A DNA stretch of 64,000 nucleotides, taken from NCBI RefSeq assembly GCF_032191835.1, contig NC_083224.1, positions 183,334,001-183,398,000 on the forward strand, read 5' to 3'. Shown piece after piece: positions 23,659 through 35,662 of this stretch (positions are counted from its first letter, which is position 1; every line of letters begins with the position of its first letter). The position numbers and the translations under genes are program-made. Source of the stretch: Heteronotia binoei (lineage: Eukaryota). Below the pieces are notes generated by a model. It saw only the letters and a list, made by a program, of their open reading frames with translations, had not been told where the DNA came from and made no database searches.

Positions 23659-23836
23659 CTGACCCGGATGGCCCAGGCTAACCCAATCTCATCAGCTACA
23701 AGAAGCCAAATAGGGTCAGCCCTGATTAGTGCTTTGGATGAGAGACCACCAAGGAAGTCCAGGGTTGCTATGCAGAGGCAGGCAATGGCAAACCACTCTT
23801 GTTCATCTCTGGCCTTGAAACTCTACAGGGTCACCT
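23659..23836 (+). mobile_element. 5S rRNA-derived SINE (5S-Sauria-like)
   Basis: CCCAATCTCATCAG...AGGGTCAGCCCTGATTAGTGCTTTGGATGAGAGACC (5S A/C-box region) joined to GGCAATGGCAAACCAC, which is shared with the Sauria SINE. Confidence 0.75.
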
Positions 23837-24464
23837 GCAGACATGCTGTTTCTGTAATGCGTTACTCTATGTGTATTCTGACATCACCTCCTGGCTCATG
23901 AGAAACCTGATTACAATGCTTGTCTAACAGACCTCTGAATATAACTTTTAACTCTGGCTGCTGGTAACAGACATAACTATGTAACCACTAAGAAATGTGC
24001 AGATAGAATAGGCAGGAAGATATGTGTGCAATCCACTGTAGTCTAGACAGAACTGGTACTTATCACGTTGCTTGGTAACACATAACGAGGACTAAGCGGT
24101 TGATCGTGATCCTCCAAATAGCACTATGTGGTGCTATCCACGGGGAATAGTCCTGGGTTGGCAGAATATTTTTTGCATACATTTTTTTATTATAACAGTA
24201 TGCTTTGTTCCTGCTTTTGTCATTCCTGGCTTTGGCACAAGGCAAATGCTCTGTGCCTGAATCCAATAAACCTTTTACTCTTTTAATATGAGACTCGGTG
24301 AGTTGAGTCAATAACTGGCAGAACCTTACATCACCATTACTTGACTGCAACTTGACAGCACTTTCCACTATGGATTTTGTCGCTGCTGTTGAGTCTGTTG
24401 TTCATTTGTTCTATCTGTCCTTCTGTATCCTAAACCTTATGGAATGATAAAACTGCCTGCATAC

Positions 24465-24549
24465 CGTAACACAAGTGCCAGTCTGAGCTGCCTTGCTGCT
24501 GGACTGAATCACCAAAGCTTGAAGTTTCTTCAGCTGCTGGAGAAGGGAC
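24465..24549 (-). CDS. CREB3L3: CREB3L3 exon (end of leucine zipper)
   Basis: [28 protein letters not shown]; CAG/GTATG borders; 85 nt. Confidence 0.97.
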
Positions 24550-25089
24550 CTGGAAGACAATGAAGCAGGCAGAGTCGTCATGGTCCTGGTAGCAAAACAA
24601 GAAGTAGTCAGCCTGTGGCCAAGAGACCTTAAAGTGGCCCAACCTGCCATGTTACAAAAGCCTTGATGTAAAATAACCGAAGCCTTAAGTACACACTGAA
24701 ATTGGGGTGGCCCCACTGATAGACCTCCTGATGGCACCTGGGTTTTTTAGCCACTGTGTGAGTGTTGAACTGGATGGGCCATTGGCCTGATCCAACATGG
24801 CTTCTCTTATGTTCTTATGGAGAGACAAAGTTTTTCATTTTAAAAAACTGATACACATCTTCACTTCACCTTTCCATCAAACATGATCTTCAGGGCAGAT
24901 TAGTAGTAGTAGCTGTAGTAGCGGCAGCGGTGGCAGCAGCAGTAGTTTATTATGGTCTTTAGACCAGCATACAGTTCAAACAAGCATAAAATACCAGGGT
25001 GGATTTTTTTTAAAAAACTCATGAAGTTTTTAAAAAATTACAATTCAAGAGGGCTTTTTTTTAGCAGGAATGAATGAATGTTACCCCAT

Positions 25090-25195
25090 TCCTTTGTCTG
25101 AAGAAGTATGCATGAATAGGAAATCTTACATTCTGAATAAAACTTTGTTGGTCTTAAAGGTGGTCCTTGACTCCTACTTTGTTCTGCTGCTGGGC
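25090..25195 (+). mobile_element. Penelope-like element terminal remnant
   Basis: CTGAAGAAGTATGCATGAATAGGAAA...AATAAAACTTTGTTGGTCTTAAAGGTG, the pattern of reptile PLE ends. Confidence 0.55.
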
Positions 25196-25291
25196 TGTTA
25201 CGCTATACCCTTGTGATGCTCACTGCCCCCTCCACCCACCTCCTCATGGAGAAATGGGCTGCCTCGGATCCAGCTAGCCACAGGCTACTTA

Positions 25292-25393
<102 letters not shown>

Positions 25394-25612
25394 TCAAGAA
25401 GTGTTTCAGGTTCCAGTGGCTGGTCCATTAATCACTGCTATTGGCCGAGCTGCTGTGATGTCACATCATGGCATGATCATTTCAGCTGCTTGGAGAGAGG
25501 TTGTCAGGAATATCAATTGATGAAGAACAGTGCAACAGTTTTTTTTCTTTTAGGGATGTGAAAGTTTGATATAGCTGGAATTAAAACTTCACTGAATTTG
25601 GCCACCAAATGA

Positions 25613-25835
25613 GAAGGGAGCACTCACTGGAGAAGATCCTGATGCTGGGAAAGACAGAAGGCAAAAGAAGAAGGGGATGGCAAAAGATGAGATAGCTGGA
25701 CAGCGTTATTGATGTAACAAACACGAATTTGAGCAGACTTCAGAGGATGGTGGAAGACAGGAGAGCCTGGCGTGATTTTGTCCATGGGGTCGCAAAGAGT
25801 TGGACTCGACTGTGCAACTGAACAACAAAAACAAC
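25613..25835 (+). mobile_element. RTE-BovB LINE 3' end
   Basis: CTGGAGAAGATCCTGATGCTGGGAAAG...GTCCATGGGGTCGCAAAGAGTTGGACTCGACTG...AACAACAA, the characteristic BovB terminus. Confidence 0.85.
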
Positions 25836-26420
25836 TTCACCCAGGGGATGGACAGCTCACAACTTTGGACAACACTCCCTCTAAGCTGTGGAGTCTTGTG
25901 AGCAAAAATTCTACTTTGTGAGCTACTGGCATTAAGGTTGTGACAGTGAACTACTGCATAAATTAGGTTGCTCCAGGGCCATTTTTCTTGAGCTAAGACA
26001 AAAATGTGTGAGCCAGAGCTAAAAAGACTGAGCTAGCTTGCCCTAACTCAGCTTAGAGAGAACACTGGCTTTGGGGCACAGTATGGAGAAGAAGATACTG
26101 AGGGGCTTGTTCTTGTGTGGAGGAAAGGAAGTAAACTTCATGTAGGGCCTGTGGAGAGGAGACAGTGTGCTGCTCATCAGAAAGCAGAAAACAGACAAGG
26201 GAATTCTGAGGCTGAAGGCCTTGGAATAAAAAGCCAACAGGGCAATGAGGCTAAGAAGTGAGACTACTGAATTGCATGTCCAAATATGAGACAACCTTGC
26301 AAATCTCTGATAGTTAAAGTCTCGCAACAAATAAACTGAAGCCTCTGAGCACACTGAAAGCTACCTTGTTGCTTTTAAATGTTGTGGAAATCCAAGAGGA
26401 GCACAGGGGAGGATCTCTTA

Positions 26421-26597
<177 letters not shown>

Positions 26598-27095
26598 TCA
26601 GGCCAGGACCCTGGTGTGGAGGGGAGGCAGGGGTGGTCTTAGCCAACAGACAATAGGGACAGCTGCCCTGAGTCCCACACAAAGGGGGTCTCAACCACAC
26701 CTGATCCTCCCCTGGGAGTAGCCTCCCACTATTGCTCGTGCTCATCCCATCTTCTGCAGCACAGCTATTGGTTGAACTGCTATGATGTCACAGTATGGCT
26801 CCTTGGGGATCATTCTTTGCTTGGCCCTGGTGGAGGGCAGTGATTCTGGAGCCCCATCCTGGACCTTTGCTCAGGGCCTTCCAAAGAAGCTGTTTTCTCC
26901 AGGGGAACTGATTTCTGTCACCTGAAGATCAGTGGTAATCTCAGGAGATCTCCAGCCACCACCTGGAGGTTGGCAATCCTACAACCTAGGGTCAGCACCC
27001 TCCTCACAGTGACTTATTAGCAATCACCCCTTGGAGACCTTTCCCAGAATTCCTTGGGTGAGAGGAATCTATCAATGTGGCAGTGCTCTTCTTAC

Positions 27096-27230
27096 CTTCG
27101 TGAGGGGCAGCTGAGTGGGCAGTGTCACACCTTCTTTGGTCAGCAATTTCTTCTCATCCTCTGTTAAGACAAGTTCCTGGCAACTTCCAGGGTTTTGCCT
27201 CATCAAGGATGGGGTCATTGCCTGTGGATG
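27096..27230 (-). CDS. CREB3L3: CREB3L3 exon
   Basis: [45 protein letters not shown]; donor GTAAG; the acceptor could instead give a start at 27221. Confidence 0.93.
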
Positions 27231-28555
27231 CTAATATATCAAAACAGAGTTACTATCCCCAAAAAAGCAGTGGAGGTTTGTCTTCCCAGACACATGCAGG
27301 CCCAATTAAGGCTAGGACTATGACACAGTAGGGGCTTCAGCCTCCTCCTCTCACCAGCATTATTTCCTAACCTGAAACAGCCATGCATAACTGCTGTTTT
27401 CCTCACAGAGAAAACTTTCATGTAGCCCTCATCACCTGCACATTTCCCAGTGTTGGAAGACAGGGGCTTTATGCTGTCACCTACCTCAGACTTCAGAGGA
27501 AGGTTACAAGAGAGTTAGAAAGAGAGAGGTCAAAATATAGAGCATCTTTTCTTCCTGTTATTTGATACCATCCCTTTGAAGCCTAGAATGCTGTTATGCT
27601 GTTCTCAGGGACTCCTTCCTTCCTTCCTTCCTTCCTACACCTCTCTTGCACATACTGCCAGAGACTTTCCATCTTGGCATCATAGATGTAGTTAGCAAGA
27701 TTAGATTTCTATCTTGTCCCTACTCTGTTCTGTCTAGAATGGAGTTCCTCAAATAAAAGAACTCTTATTAGTTTGAACAGTTAAAGTGGCTCCATGTTGC
27801 TGTCCATTTATTTACCAACACACACACACAGAGCTTCTGCTGTGTGGTAAGCCTTTATGCATGCTGCCAAATTATTAATTGTTCCTGGTTATAACAAACC
27901 AGAGAATTTAATGCCCAGCATGGCAAATAGCAACTCCCCAGGGCTGTTTCAGGTCAGGAAAACAGGATGGAGGGATCTGCAGTTTAGGAAGAGCTGCTGC
28001 TTCCTAAACCCCACTCCAGTGCTCATCTCAGCAAGGGTTCCCCAATGTGGTGCCCATGGGCACTATGGTGCCAGAGGAATGTTTTTTAGAAAGTAAGCAA
28101 GGCCAAGTGGAGCTTTTGCCCAGCAGGGCTTCTGGTTGGCCTTTGGAGTTTTGCTGTGCAGATTTTTAAGAAGTTGCTTTGGCAGGAGCTCCCACTGCTG
28201 CACAAGGAACTTCAAATAATCTGCATGTATGCACACACAAAAATTGAAACGATTTGTTCAGTTGAAACAATATGTTCATTTTAAAAGGCTTCCTGTTAAA
28301 AAGAGCTTCTGCCTGAAATGTTGAAGAATTACTATTGGAGACATGCATGACCTTACTGCTTGAGATTTTGTGCCACCTCTTGTGACAGCCATTTTGTCAT
28401 TGGTTCCACCTCCTGTGGCTGCCATTTTTTGCTTATGCCCACTATCTGGTGTCAGAATTCCAAAGGTGCCCACAGGCTTTAAAAAGATTGGGGACCCCTG
28501 AATTCTAGGCCGTCTGAATGCCTAACAGCAGCATGGAGAAGATCAGACTTCTTAC

Positions 28556-28671
28556 CGTGTCACAGTTGTTCGACAGCAAAAGATCCTTCACAGTCAAGGT
28601 GCAAGAAGGTGAGTTCAAGTGAGGAGCAGCCAGTTCCTGCTTTTCTGGGTAAAAGCCTGCTTCCCAAATAT
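28556..28671 (-). CDS. CREB3L3: CREB3L3 exon
   Basis: IWEAGFYPEKQELAAPHLNSPSCTLTVKDLLLSNNCDT; AAG/GTAAG borders; phases fit both neighbours. Confidence 0.93.
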
Positions 28672-28732
28672 CTTCAGAGAGAAGAGAAATCTGTTTTCAT
28701 TCTCAGTGAGGGAAATCTGAATGACACTAAAA

Positions 28733-29320
28733 CAGGGGTGTCAAACATGCAACCTGGGGGCCAAATCAGGCCCCCAGAGGGCTCCTATCAGGCCTCCAAG
28801 CAACTGGCTGTCATCAGCTTCCTTCTCCCTATCTCTTGCTTCCTTCTGCATCACAGCTTACTTTGCAAGGCTTGCTCAATTGCACAGGAGCCTCAGAGCA
28901 AAACCTATTTTTTTTTCTCTATTGGCAGAGGCTCCTGGGGGAAGGCAGAGTTTGTTTTTCCAGGTTCTCTCAATCGCACAGCAGAGCTACTGAGCCAAGC
29001 CTATCTTCCTTCTGTTGGCTGAGGCTCCTTCCCCCCACCCCACCCCCATCCCCTGGGGAAGGAAGGAAAGAGCCAGAGCTTCCTTTGCCCGGTTCCCTGG
29101 ATCACAAGGGAGAAATACAAAGAAAACACCTTTAAGGCCAATGTGTGGTAACATTTTAAGTTTAAAAAAAAATTAATTGTGTTTGTGTTCTTTATACAGT
29201 TTATATCTCTGCTATCTAATCTTAAATAAGGTATATACATGGCCTGGCACAACATGGCCCGGCCCAACAAGGTCTCATTTATGTCAGATCCAGCCCTCAT
29301 AAATAAGTTCAACATCCCTG
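28733..29320 (+). mobile_element. hAT-Charlie-like MITE (TIR CAGGGGTGTCAAAC)
   Basis: Perfect TSD CACTAAAA at 28725-28732 and 29321-29328. Confidence 0.88.
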
Positions 29321-29421
29321 CACTAAAATGTACAGGGCTGATGCGAACTGGATTGTTTTGTTTGTTGCCCAGCTCATCCCTGGAATCAAGATTGTTTTAC
29401 TGTGGTGTATGTGCACAATAA

Positions 29422-29709
29422 GAGCCCCGTGGCACAGAGTGGTAAAGCTGCAGTACTGCAGTTGGAGCCTTCTGCTCACAACCTGAGTTCGATCCCAGCA
29501 GAATCTGGTTCAGGTAGCCAGCTCCAGGTCGACTCAGCCTTGCATCCTTCCAAGGTCGGTAAAATGAGTCCCCAGCTTGCTGGGGGGAAAGTGCAGATGA
29601 CTGGGAAAGGCAATGGCAAACCACCCCGTAAAGAGTCTGCCGTGAAAACGTTCTGAAAGCAACATCACTCCAGAGTCGGAAATGACTGGTGCTTGCACCT
29701 TTACCTTTA
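29422..29709 (+). mobile_element. Sauria SINE
   Basis: tRNA head GAGCCCCGTGGCACAGAGTGGTAAAGC, core GACTCAGCCTTGCATCCTTCCAAGGTCGGTAAAATGAG, tail GAGTCGGAAATGACTGG...ACCTTTACCTTTA. Confidence 0.85.
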
Positions 29710-29879
29710 TGTGCATAATAGCATGTGAAGATCAGTAAAACACTACACATGAAACACTGGGCTGCTTTTTTGTGGTGTTTTATCAATGCGTACATGCACA
29801 TAAGTAGTACAGAGAGAGAAAAAAGAAGCAAATGTAGTTAAGGAGTTGAAAGCTGTAGTGAACTGGGGAGTGATAAATA

Positions 29880-30059
29880 GCGCCATCAAGTCACAGCCAA
29901 TTTACAGCGGCCCCGTAGGGTTTTCTAGGCAACAGTCAAACAGAGGTGGTTTGCTATTGCCTGCCTCTGCACAGTGACCCAGCACTTGATCAGGGCTGAC
30001 CCTGCTTACCTCCCAAGATGTGACAAGATCGGAATAGCCTGGGCTATCCAGTTTAGGGC
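29880..30059 (-). mobile_element. 5S-Sauria-like SINE
   Basis: Reverse complement of the 23659 family. Confidence 0.7.
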
Positions 30060-30844
30060 TAGCTAGCAAACCGTACAAAAATCTGTTTATTCATCCATTC
30101 GATTCAGTTTGTTGATGACTTAATCCAATTTGTGGATGAATTAATTTCAAAACTGGCCTGATTAAACCAGAATTTATAAGGAGGAGAATGCAGTACAGAA
30201 TGAATGGGATAAGAAAGAAACAGAAAGAGTGGGATAAGAAAAAAAAAATCTAATAATCTAATCTAATAGTATCTAAATCTAATAATATTTAAATTTAATA
30301 TTTTAAGAGTTCAAACCAGTCAAATGCTCTGGTTGTAGATTCTCTAGGACTGTTGGTTTGGAGGTGGACTGGTAATTATTTATTTAAGGATTTGCTGACA
30401 GCTTTGGAAACTCCAGATTCAAGAAAAGGATTTACTGCCACCTTCTGGAAAGTTAGAATTTTGCAGACAACCACTTTGTTCCACCATGAAGTAGCTCATT
30501 TTAGTAGCCTACATGAATGTTGACACATTATCTATTAATTAAGGAACTTTTTTTAAAAAAATACAAAACTATCATGATACTTCTGGGTGATGTCATAGTG
30601 CCTGGGTTTTGGGACAAACTCCGTGGTTTTGAAGGCAAAAAACCCATAGAGTTTCGCCCAAAACCCAGAGCATCACACACAAAGTCATCAAAGTGATAGT
30701 GTCACTTCTGGGTGACATCATCACATCAGAGATGACACATGTGATGTCCCACCCATCCCTGGAATGCCCCCCAAATCTCCCTGCCACAGCAACAAGGGGA
30801 CGTGGCAATCCTATTCCTCAGTTAACTAAAGTCTGTCAGCAGAT

Positions 30845-31058
30845 TAGGGCTGCCAACTTCCAGGTGATGACTCAAGATCCTCCGCTATTACAACTGATCT
30901 CCAAGTGACAGAGTTCAGTTCACCTGGAGAAAATGGCCACTTTGGAAGGGAGGCTCTATGGCGTTATAGCCTGTTGAAGTCCCTCCCCTCTACAAACCCT
31001 GACCTCAGGCTTCACTTCCAAAATCTCCAGGTATTTCCCAACCTGGAGCTGCAGCAAA
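30845..31058 (+). mobile_element. Short TAGGGTTGCCA-type MITE
   Basis: TAGGGCTGCCAACTTCCAGG...GAGAAAATGGC core; further copies or fragments at ~26890, 31836, 32105, 33005, 33340, 36610, 37545, 43500, 44041, 46200-46863, 52165, 55091. Confidence 0.7.
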
Positions 31059-31120
31059 TCGAAGGCTTAATTTAGTCAAGGGGGAGTCATTATCCCAAGA
31101 TAATCTAATGGTGCACTCAC

Positions 31121-31406
31121 CAAAGTCTATAGACACCTCTGCCTCTCGCAAGTTCTCCACTGGCATTTTCAGGACAGACATGGCTGGGCAAGAGTCCTGG
31201 TAATTGGTGTAAGACAGATCACTATGCCCTCCATCGGAGTAGCCCCCCGGGCTTCCTGTTGGAACGTAGTGCGGAGGACTGTCCAGCTGGTCAGAGTTTG
31301 GATCCTCTGAAAGGCCACTATCGCTGGCAGCGGGAGACCAGCTCGGGGAGTCCAGGCTGGGGTCTGCAGGGCCCAAGATGGAAGTCAGGAAATCCTCATT
31401 TTCTTG
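31121..31406 (-). CDS. CREB3L3: CREB3L3 exon (transactivation domain)
   Basis: [36 protein letters not shown]...EAEVSIDF; contains the DSGxS degron-like motif; TAG/GTGAGT borders. Confidence 0.95.
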
Positions 31407-32501
31407 CTACAAAAGACAATGGAGCTTATAAGAGCGGGAAGAAATCAGTGGGTTGCTTTCACACACAGTAAACAATACAATTTCAATGTACTTTGTAACC
31501 TGATTTTACTGTGCTAAATGGCAAAATCCAATGGCAAAAAAAAAATGATTTTATTAATTTTTTTTTTCACAGAAGTGGATTGAAACTGCATTCTTTAGCA
31601 TGTGTGAAAGCGTCTTGTTGGGATGAGCATTGCTTGGAAATGATATCATATTTAACCTTGGTGGCGCAGAGCGTCCTCATGGGTGTTATGGGAACAATGA
31701 ATAATATTCTGCACATCTGCAGCTTTCACACAGAATTTGGCACTTACATAAGCTAAATTTTCATTTCTTTTTTTTTTAAATTGTCAGTCTTATCCTTATG
31801 GTTGCAGGGAAGAAAATTGAGCCCATAGAACTGAGAACCTCCAGGTGGGGCCTGGATCACTTCTCCCAGAGAAAATAGCTCCTTTGGAGGGTGGAATCCA
31901 TAGCATTATATCCTGCTCAAGTCCCTCCCCTACCAAACCTTGCCCTCCCCAAACTTCACCTCAAAATCTCCAGGAATTTCGCACACCAGAGTTGGCAACT
32001 CTACATGATATAGAAAAAAGCTTGATAAAATCTAAGAAACGACACTAATTCAGGTCCTGCAATGGAATGGGGCTTCACGGTGCCTTCATTCATTTCTATG
32101 GTTATCAATTTTCAAGTGGTTACCTGGAGATGCTCTGCTATTACAGTTGATCTAAAAAAAAAAACCCTTATCCGTTCCCCTGGAGAAAATGGCAGCTTTC
32201 GAGGGTGGATTGTAGCATTAGGCCCTGCTGAGGTCCCTCCCTTCCCTCCACACAAAGTCTCAAGGTATTTCAAAACCTAGAGCTGATCAGTGATCACCCT
32301 ATTCATTCCCCATCTCCATCTCTCCTGTACCATCCTTTTTACAGAAAATAACATTATAGGTAGCTTTGAAAACTTTGATTTGGGAAGCTAATGAATAGAA
32401 TGCAAGTGTGTGCATGGGGAAGTACGGATAACAGGATGCATTTGGGTGACTTGTTAAAAGTTTTCATGCAATTAACTCAGCTTCAGATCACCTTGATTTG
32501 G

Positions 32502-32744
32502 GAAGAAGGAGAAGAGTTGGTTTTATATCCCCCTCTTCACTATCCAAAGGAGTCTCGGAATGGCTTACAATCACTTTCCCTTCCTCTCCCCACAACAAGA
32601 CACCCTGGGACGTAAGTGGGGCTGAGAGAACCGTGACTGGCCCAAAGTCACCCAGTTGGCTTCATGTGGAGGAGGAGTGGAGAATCAAGCCTGGTTCTCG
32701 AGATTAGAGTCCACTGCTCTTAACTGCTACACCAAGCTGGTTCT
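32502..32744 (-). mobile_element. Squam3/MIR-like tRNA SINE
   Basis: Reverse complement of the 8997-type SINE. Confidence 0.8.
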
Positions 32745-33144
32745 CTACACCACTACAACAAGCTGTGGTTCCGGCATGGAACCAACAAGAGACGGGAAAG
32801 AGAGCAGTCAGTCTCCAGTATATCCGGCGCCATAAATACGGCCCGGCAAAAGCCCTGTCCTAGCCCACAGGTCTATCGCCATCCTTCTATCCCTTGGCTT
32901 CTTCTGCAAAACTCAGGTTTCCAAGTGGTGCCCTGGACTGTGTGGGACATTTAAAATGGCGGCAGAGAAAGCAAATATGCAATATTTTTATCAATGCTCT
33001 CCCTGGGGTTACCAACATCCAGGTGGGCCCTGGAGCTCTCCCAAAATTATGACTGACCTCCAGACTACAGAGATCAATTTCCCTGGAGGAAATGGCAGCT
33101 TGAGAGGTCAAGCTGTACAGCGTCACACCTCTGCTGCTAAATAG

Positions 33145-33312
33145 TAAAGAGTCCAGTAGCATCTTTAAAACTAACAAATTTTATTGTAGCTTAAGATTTC
33201 AAGAAACACAGCTCTCTTTGTCAGATGCATCTTAAAAGCTTATGCTACAAAAAAATGTATTAGTCTTAAAGCTGCTACTGGACTATTTCACAGCAGTAGA
33301 CTAACACAGCTA
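33145..33312. mobile_element. Penelope-like remnant with inverted terminal duplication
   Basis: GAGTCCAGTAGCATCTTTAAAACTAA...TTAGTCTTAAAGCTGCTACTGGACT inverted pair; decayed CTGACAA...GAAA core on the minus strand. Confidence 0.6.
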
Positions 33313-33544
33313 AGTCCTCTGGAATTAACTTTTGCTGAGCTCCCTCCCGTACCCTCCCCAAACTTCAGTGGGGTATAATACCATAGAGTCCACCTTCCAA
33401 AGCAGCCATTTTCTCCAGGCGTCACCAGGAGATTTCCAGCTACCACCTGGCAGCTGGCAACTCTAGAACCTTTACAGAACTTGCACCCCCCCACACATCA
33501 TCAGCTCCAGCACTGCTGCAATGATTGCTGTAGTGGTAGCTCAC

Positions 33545-33667
33545 ACTGCCCTCTCGTCCTGTCCAAGTGGCTGTCGAGGACCCAAGCTCCACGCTGCGAA
33601 GGACTCCGTCCTGCCTGTCAAAGAGAAGGTCCAGGAGCTCCATGCTGTCTAGACTGAGAGAGGCCAT
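33545..33667 (-). CDS. CREB3L3: CREB3L3 first coding exon
   Basis: MASLSLDSMELLDLLFDRQDGVLRSVELGSSTATWTGREGS; acceptor TTTTGCAG ends 2 nt before the ATG; donor GTGAG at 33544. Confidence 0.93.
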
Positions 33668-34286
33668 AGCTGCAAAAGAGAGAAGAGAAAGTATGGCCAG
33701 TTCCATGACAAGGCAACTTCTTAGGCCTATCAGTCCTGAGCCCCAATCTTGGTCCAGTATCTATCTGCACATCTACCCTCTTTGGGTCCTGTACATAGGC
33801 CTCATTTCAGCAGGAGCTCTCAGCAGCAGAGCTCTGGAACGTCTGAATTTTAGTGTGCTCTTTCTTTCTTACCCCCCGTGCCTCCCAAATACTTGCTTCT
33901 GGGCTCCTCTGAGAATTTTGCTGAACTCTTAAGATTTGACAAGCTTTCTAATATTTCCCCCACAAAAAATGGGAAAATAAACGAAACATGTAAAGCAAAC
34001 AGATGGAAATCTTCATCATGCCACTGTGACTACACAGGAGAAAGAAATTTAAAAGGTATGATGAGAGTTTGATTATGACAATTATAATTCAAGAAGCATT
34101 TGAAGGTAGATGCTGAGCTGATATAATTTAATAAACCTTCTGGTGATGTCAGGGGTGTGTGGCATATGCAAATGAGTTAAGCAAAGAAGTTGTGCCAATG
34201 AGCTCTGGCACCTCTTTTTCTACAAAGTGACCCCTGCCTTCATCACATCCTTTTTTGGAAACATGGCCAGAGTCAAAAGCAGTTCT

Positions 34287-34647
34287 CAGAGCCAGATTAA
34301 CAATTAGGCCAAGTAGGCACTAGCCTATGGGCCTCCACGCATTTAGGGGCCCCGGGCCAGCTTTCCTCCCCGGTTTCCCCCCTGCCTGCAGCCCTCCCAG
34401 CCTGCAGGCACAGCCAGCAACTGAGCTGCTCTTTGCCCAACTTGCCTGGTGAGGCTGCTGCTGGCATTGTTGCCAAGTTTGCCTCTCTCTGCCTCTCCCC
34501 TGCAGCTTAGTAAAAGGGGCTTTTAAGAAGGTGGCTGCAGCAGGGGCCATGGGCGGTGGAGCAAGCACTCAGACTGAGATAATTTGGGAGGGGGCCCCCC
34601 AAGGTTTCGACTGCCTAAGGGTCTCCACAGGGTTTAATTCGGCACTG
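34287..34647 (-). mobile_element. hAT-type MITE (TIR CAGTGCCGGATTAA)
   Basis: TSD GCAGTTCT/ACAGTTCT; same family as 40976-41323 and 42387-42722. Confidence 0.8.
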
Positions 34648-35013
34648 ACAGTTCTCCATGTCCCGATTCCCAGTGACAAGAACCAAGGCTGACATTCTAG
34701 CAAGGAACTAAGTTTCATCTTATCTAGCCTCCTGTTGTTCACAGTGCCGAACCATATGCATACAGGATAGCACAAGGCAGCAGACTTTCCAGTTCTGTTG
34801 TTACTTAGCAACTGGCATTTAGAGGCACGCTGACTCTGAACGTGGAAGTTCCATTATGCCAGCACAGCTAATAAGTAAGGGTGGAATCCTCCGTGAATCT
34901 GCCTGATCCCCCTTTAAAGCAATCCAAGCCAGTGACCATCACCTCATCTTGCAGCAATGAGTTCTGCAAGTTAATTATGCATTGTGTGGAGATGTATTTC
35001 TTTTTGTCTTTTT

Positions 35014-35226
35014 GGGGAGGGACGGTGGCTCAGTGGTAGAGCATCTGCTTAGGAAGCAGAAGGTCCCAGGTTCAATCCCTGGCATCTCCAAAAAAGGGTC
35101 CAGGCAAATAGGTGTGAAAAACCTCAGCTTGAGACCCTGGAGAGCCGCTGCCAGTCTGAGAAGACAATACTGACTTTGATGGACCAAAGGTCTGATTCGG
35201 TATAAGGCAGCTTCATATGTTCATGT
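35014..35226 (+). mobile_element. tRNA-Ala-derived SINE, full length
   Basis: GGTGGCTCAGTGGTAGAGC (A box), GGTTCAATCC (B box), tail TATAAGGCAGCTTCATATGTTCATGT. Confidence 0.85.
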
Positions 35227-35662
35227 CTTTTCTGTGTCTTCTGCTCATCAACTCCATTAGGTGCCCTTTGTCCATGGGAGAGGAAGAAAAATAATCTTTC
35301 CGTTTACCTTGTGGACATTATGCAAAACGTTATAAGCTTTTATCAGTTCCTTCCCCCGTAGTTGTCATGTTTTTTATAAACTTGGAAAGCCTCAAACTTC
35401 TGTTATCAGAACAAGCACCTTCCTGATAAAAGGAATTTTTTCAAAGTTCAACAATATTCTTTTTGAGATAATGTGTGTTGCTGCCTCTCCACAAGAACAG
35501 GCTAGCGATCAACCATCTCCAGAATTCTGACTCTCGGAAGCAGCTTGGCTGATAGAGTTGCCAGCTGTGGGTTGGGAAATACCTGGAGATTTGGGGATAT
35601 GGAGCATTGCTGCACGTGTGGGTGATGTCTCAGTGCGATGATGTCTCTTCCACGTGACGTGA

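Noticed and set aside
23659-23770. 5S rRNA gene
   Set aside because: Diverged, has a non-5S 5' end, is fused to a Sauria-like tail and is dispersed in several copies; it is a SINE
35014-35086. tRNA gene (also 18601-18673 and 7257-7330)
   Set aside because: A and B boxes are present but acceptor stems do not pair and SINE bodies follow; these are SINE heads
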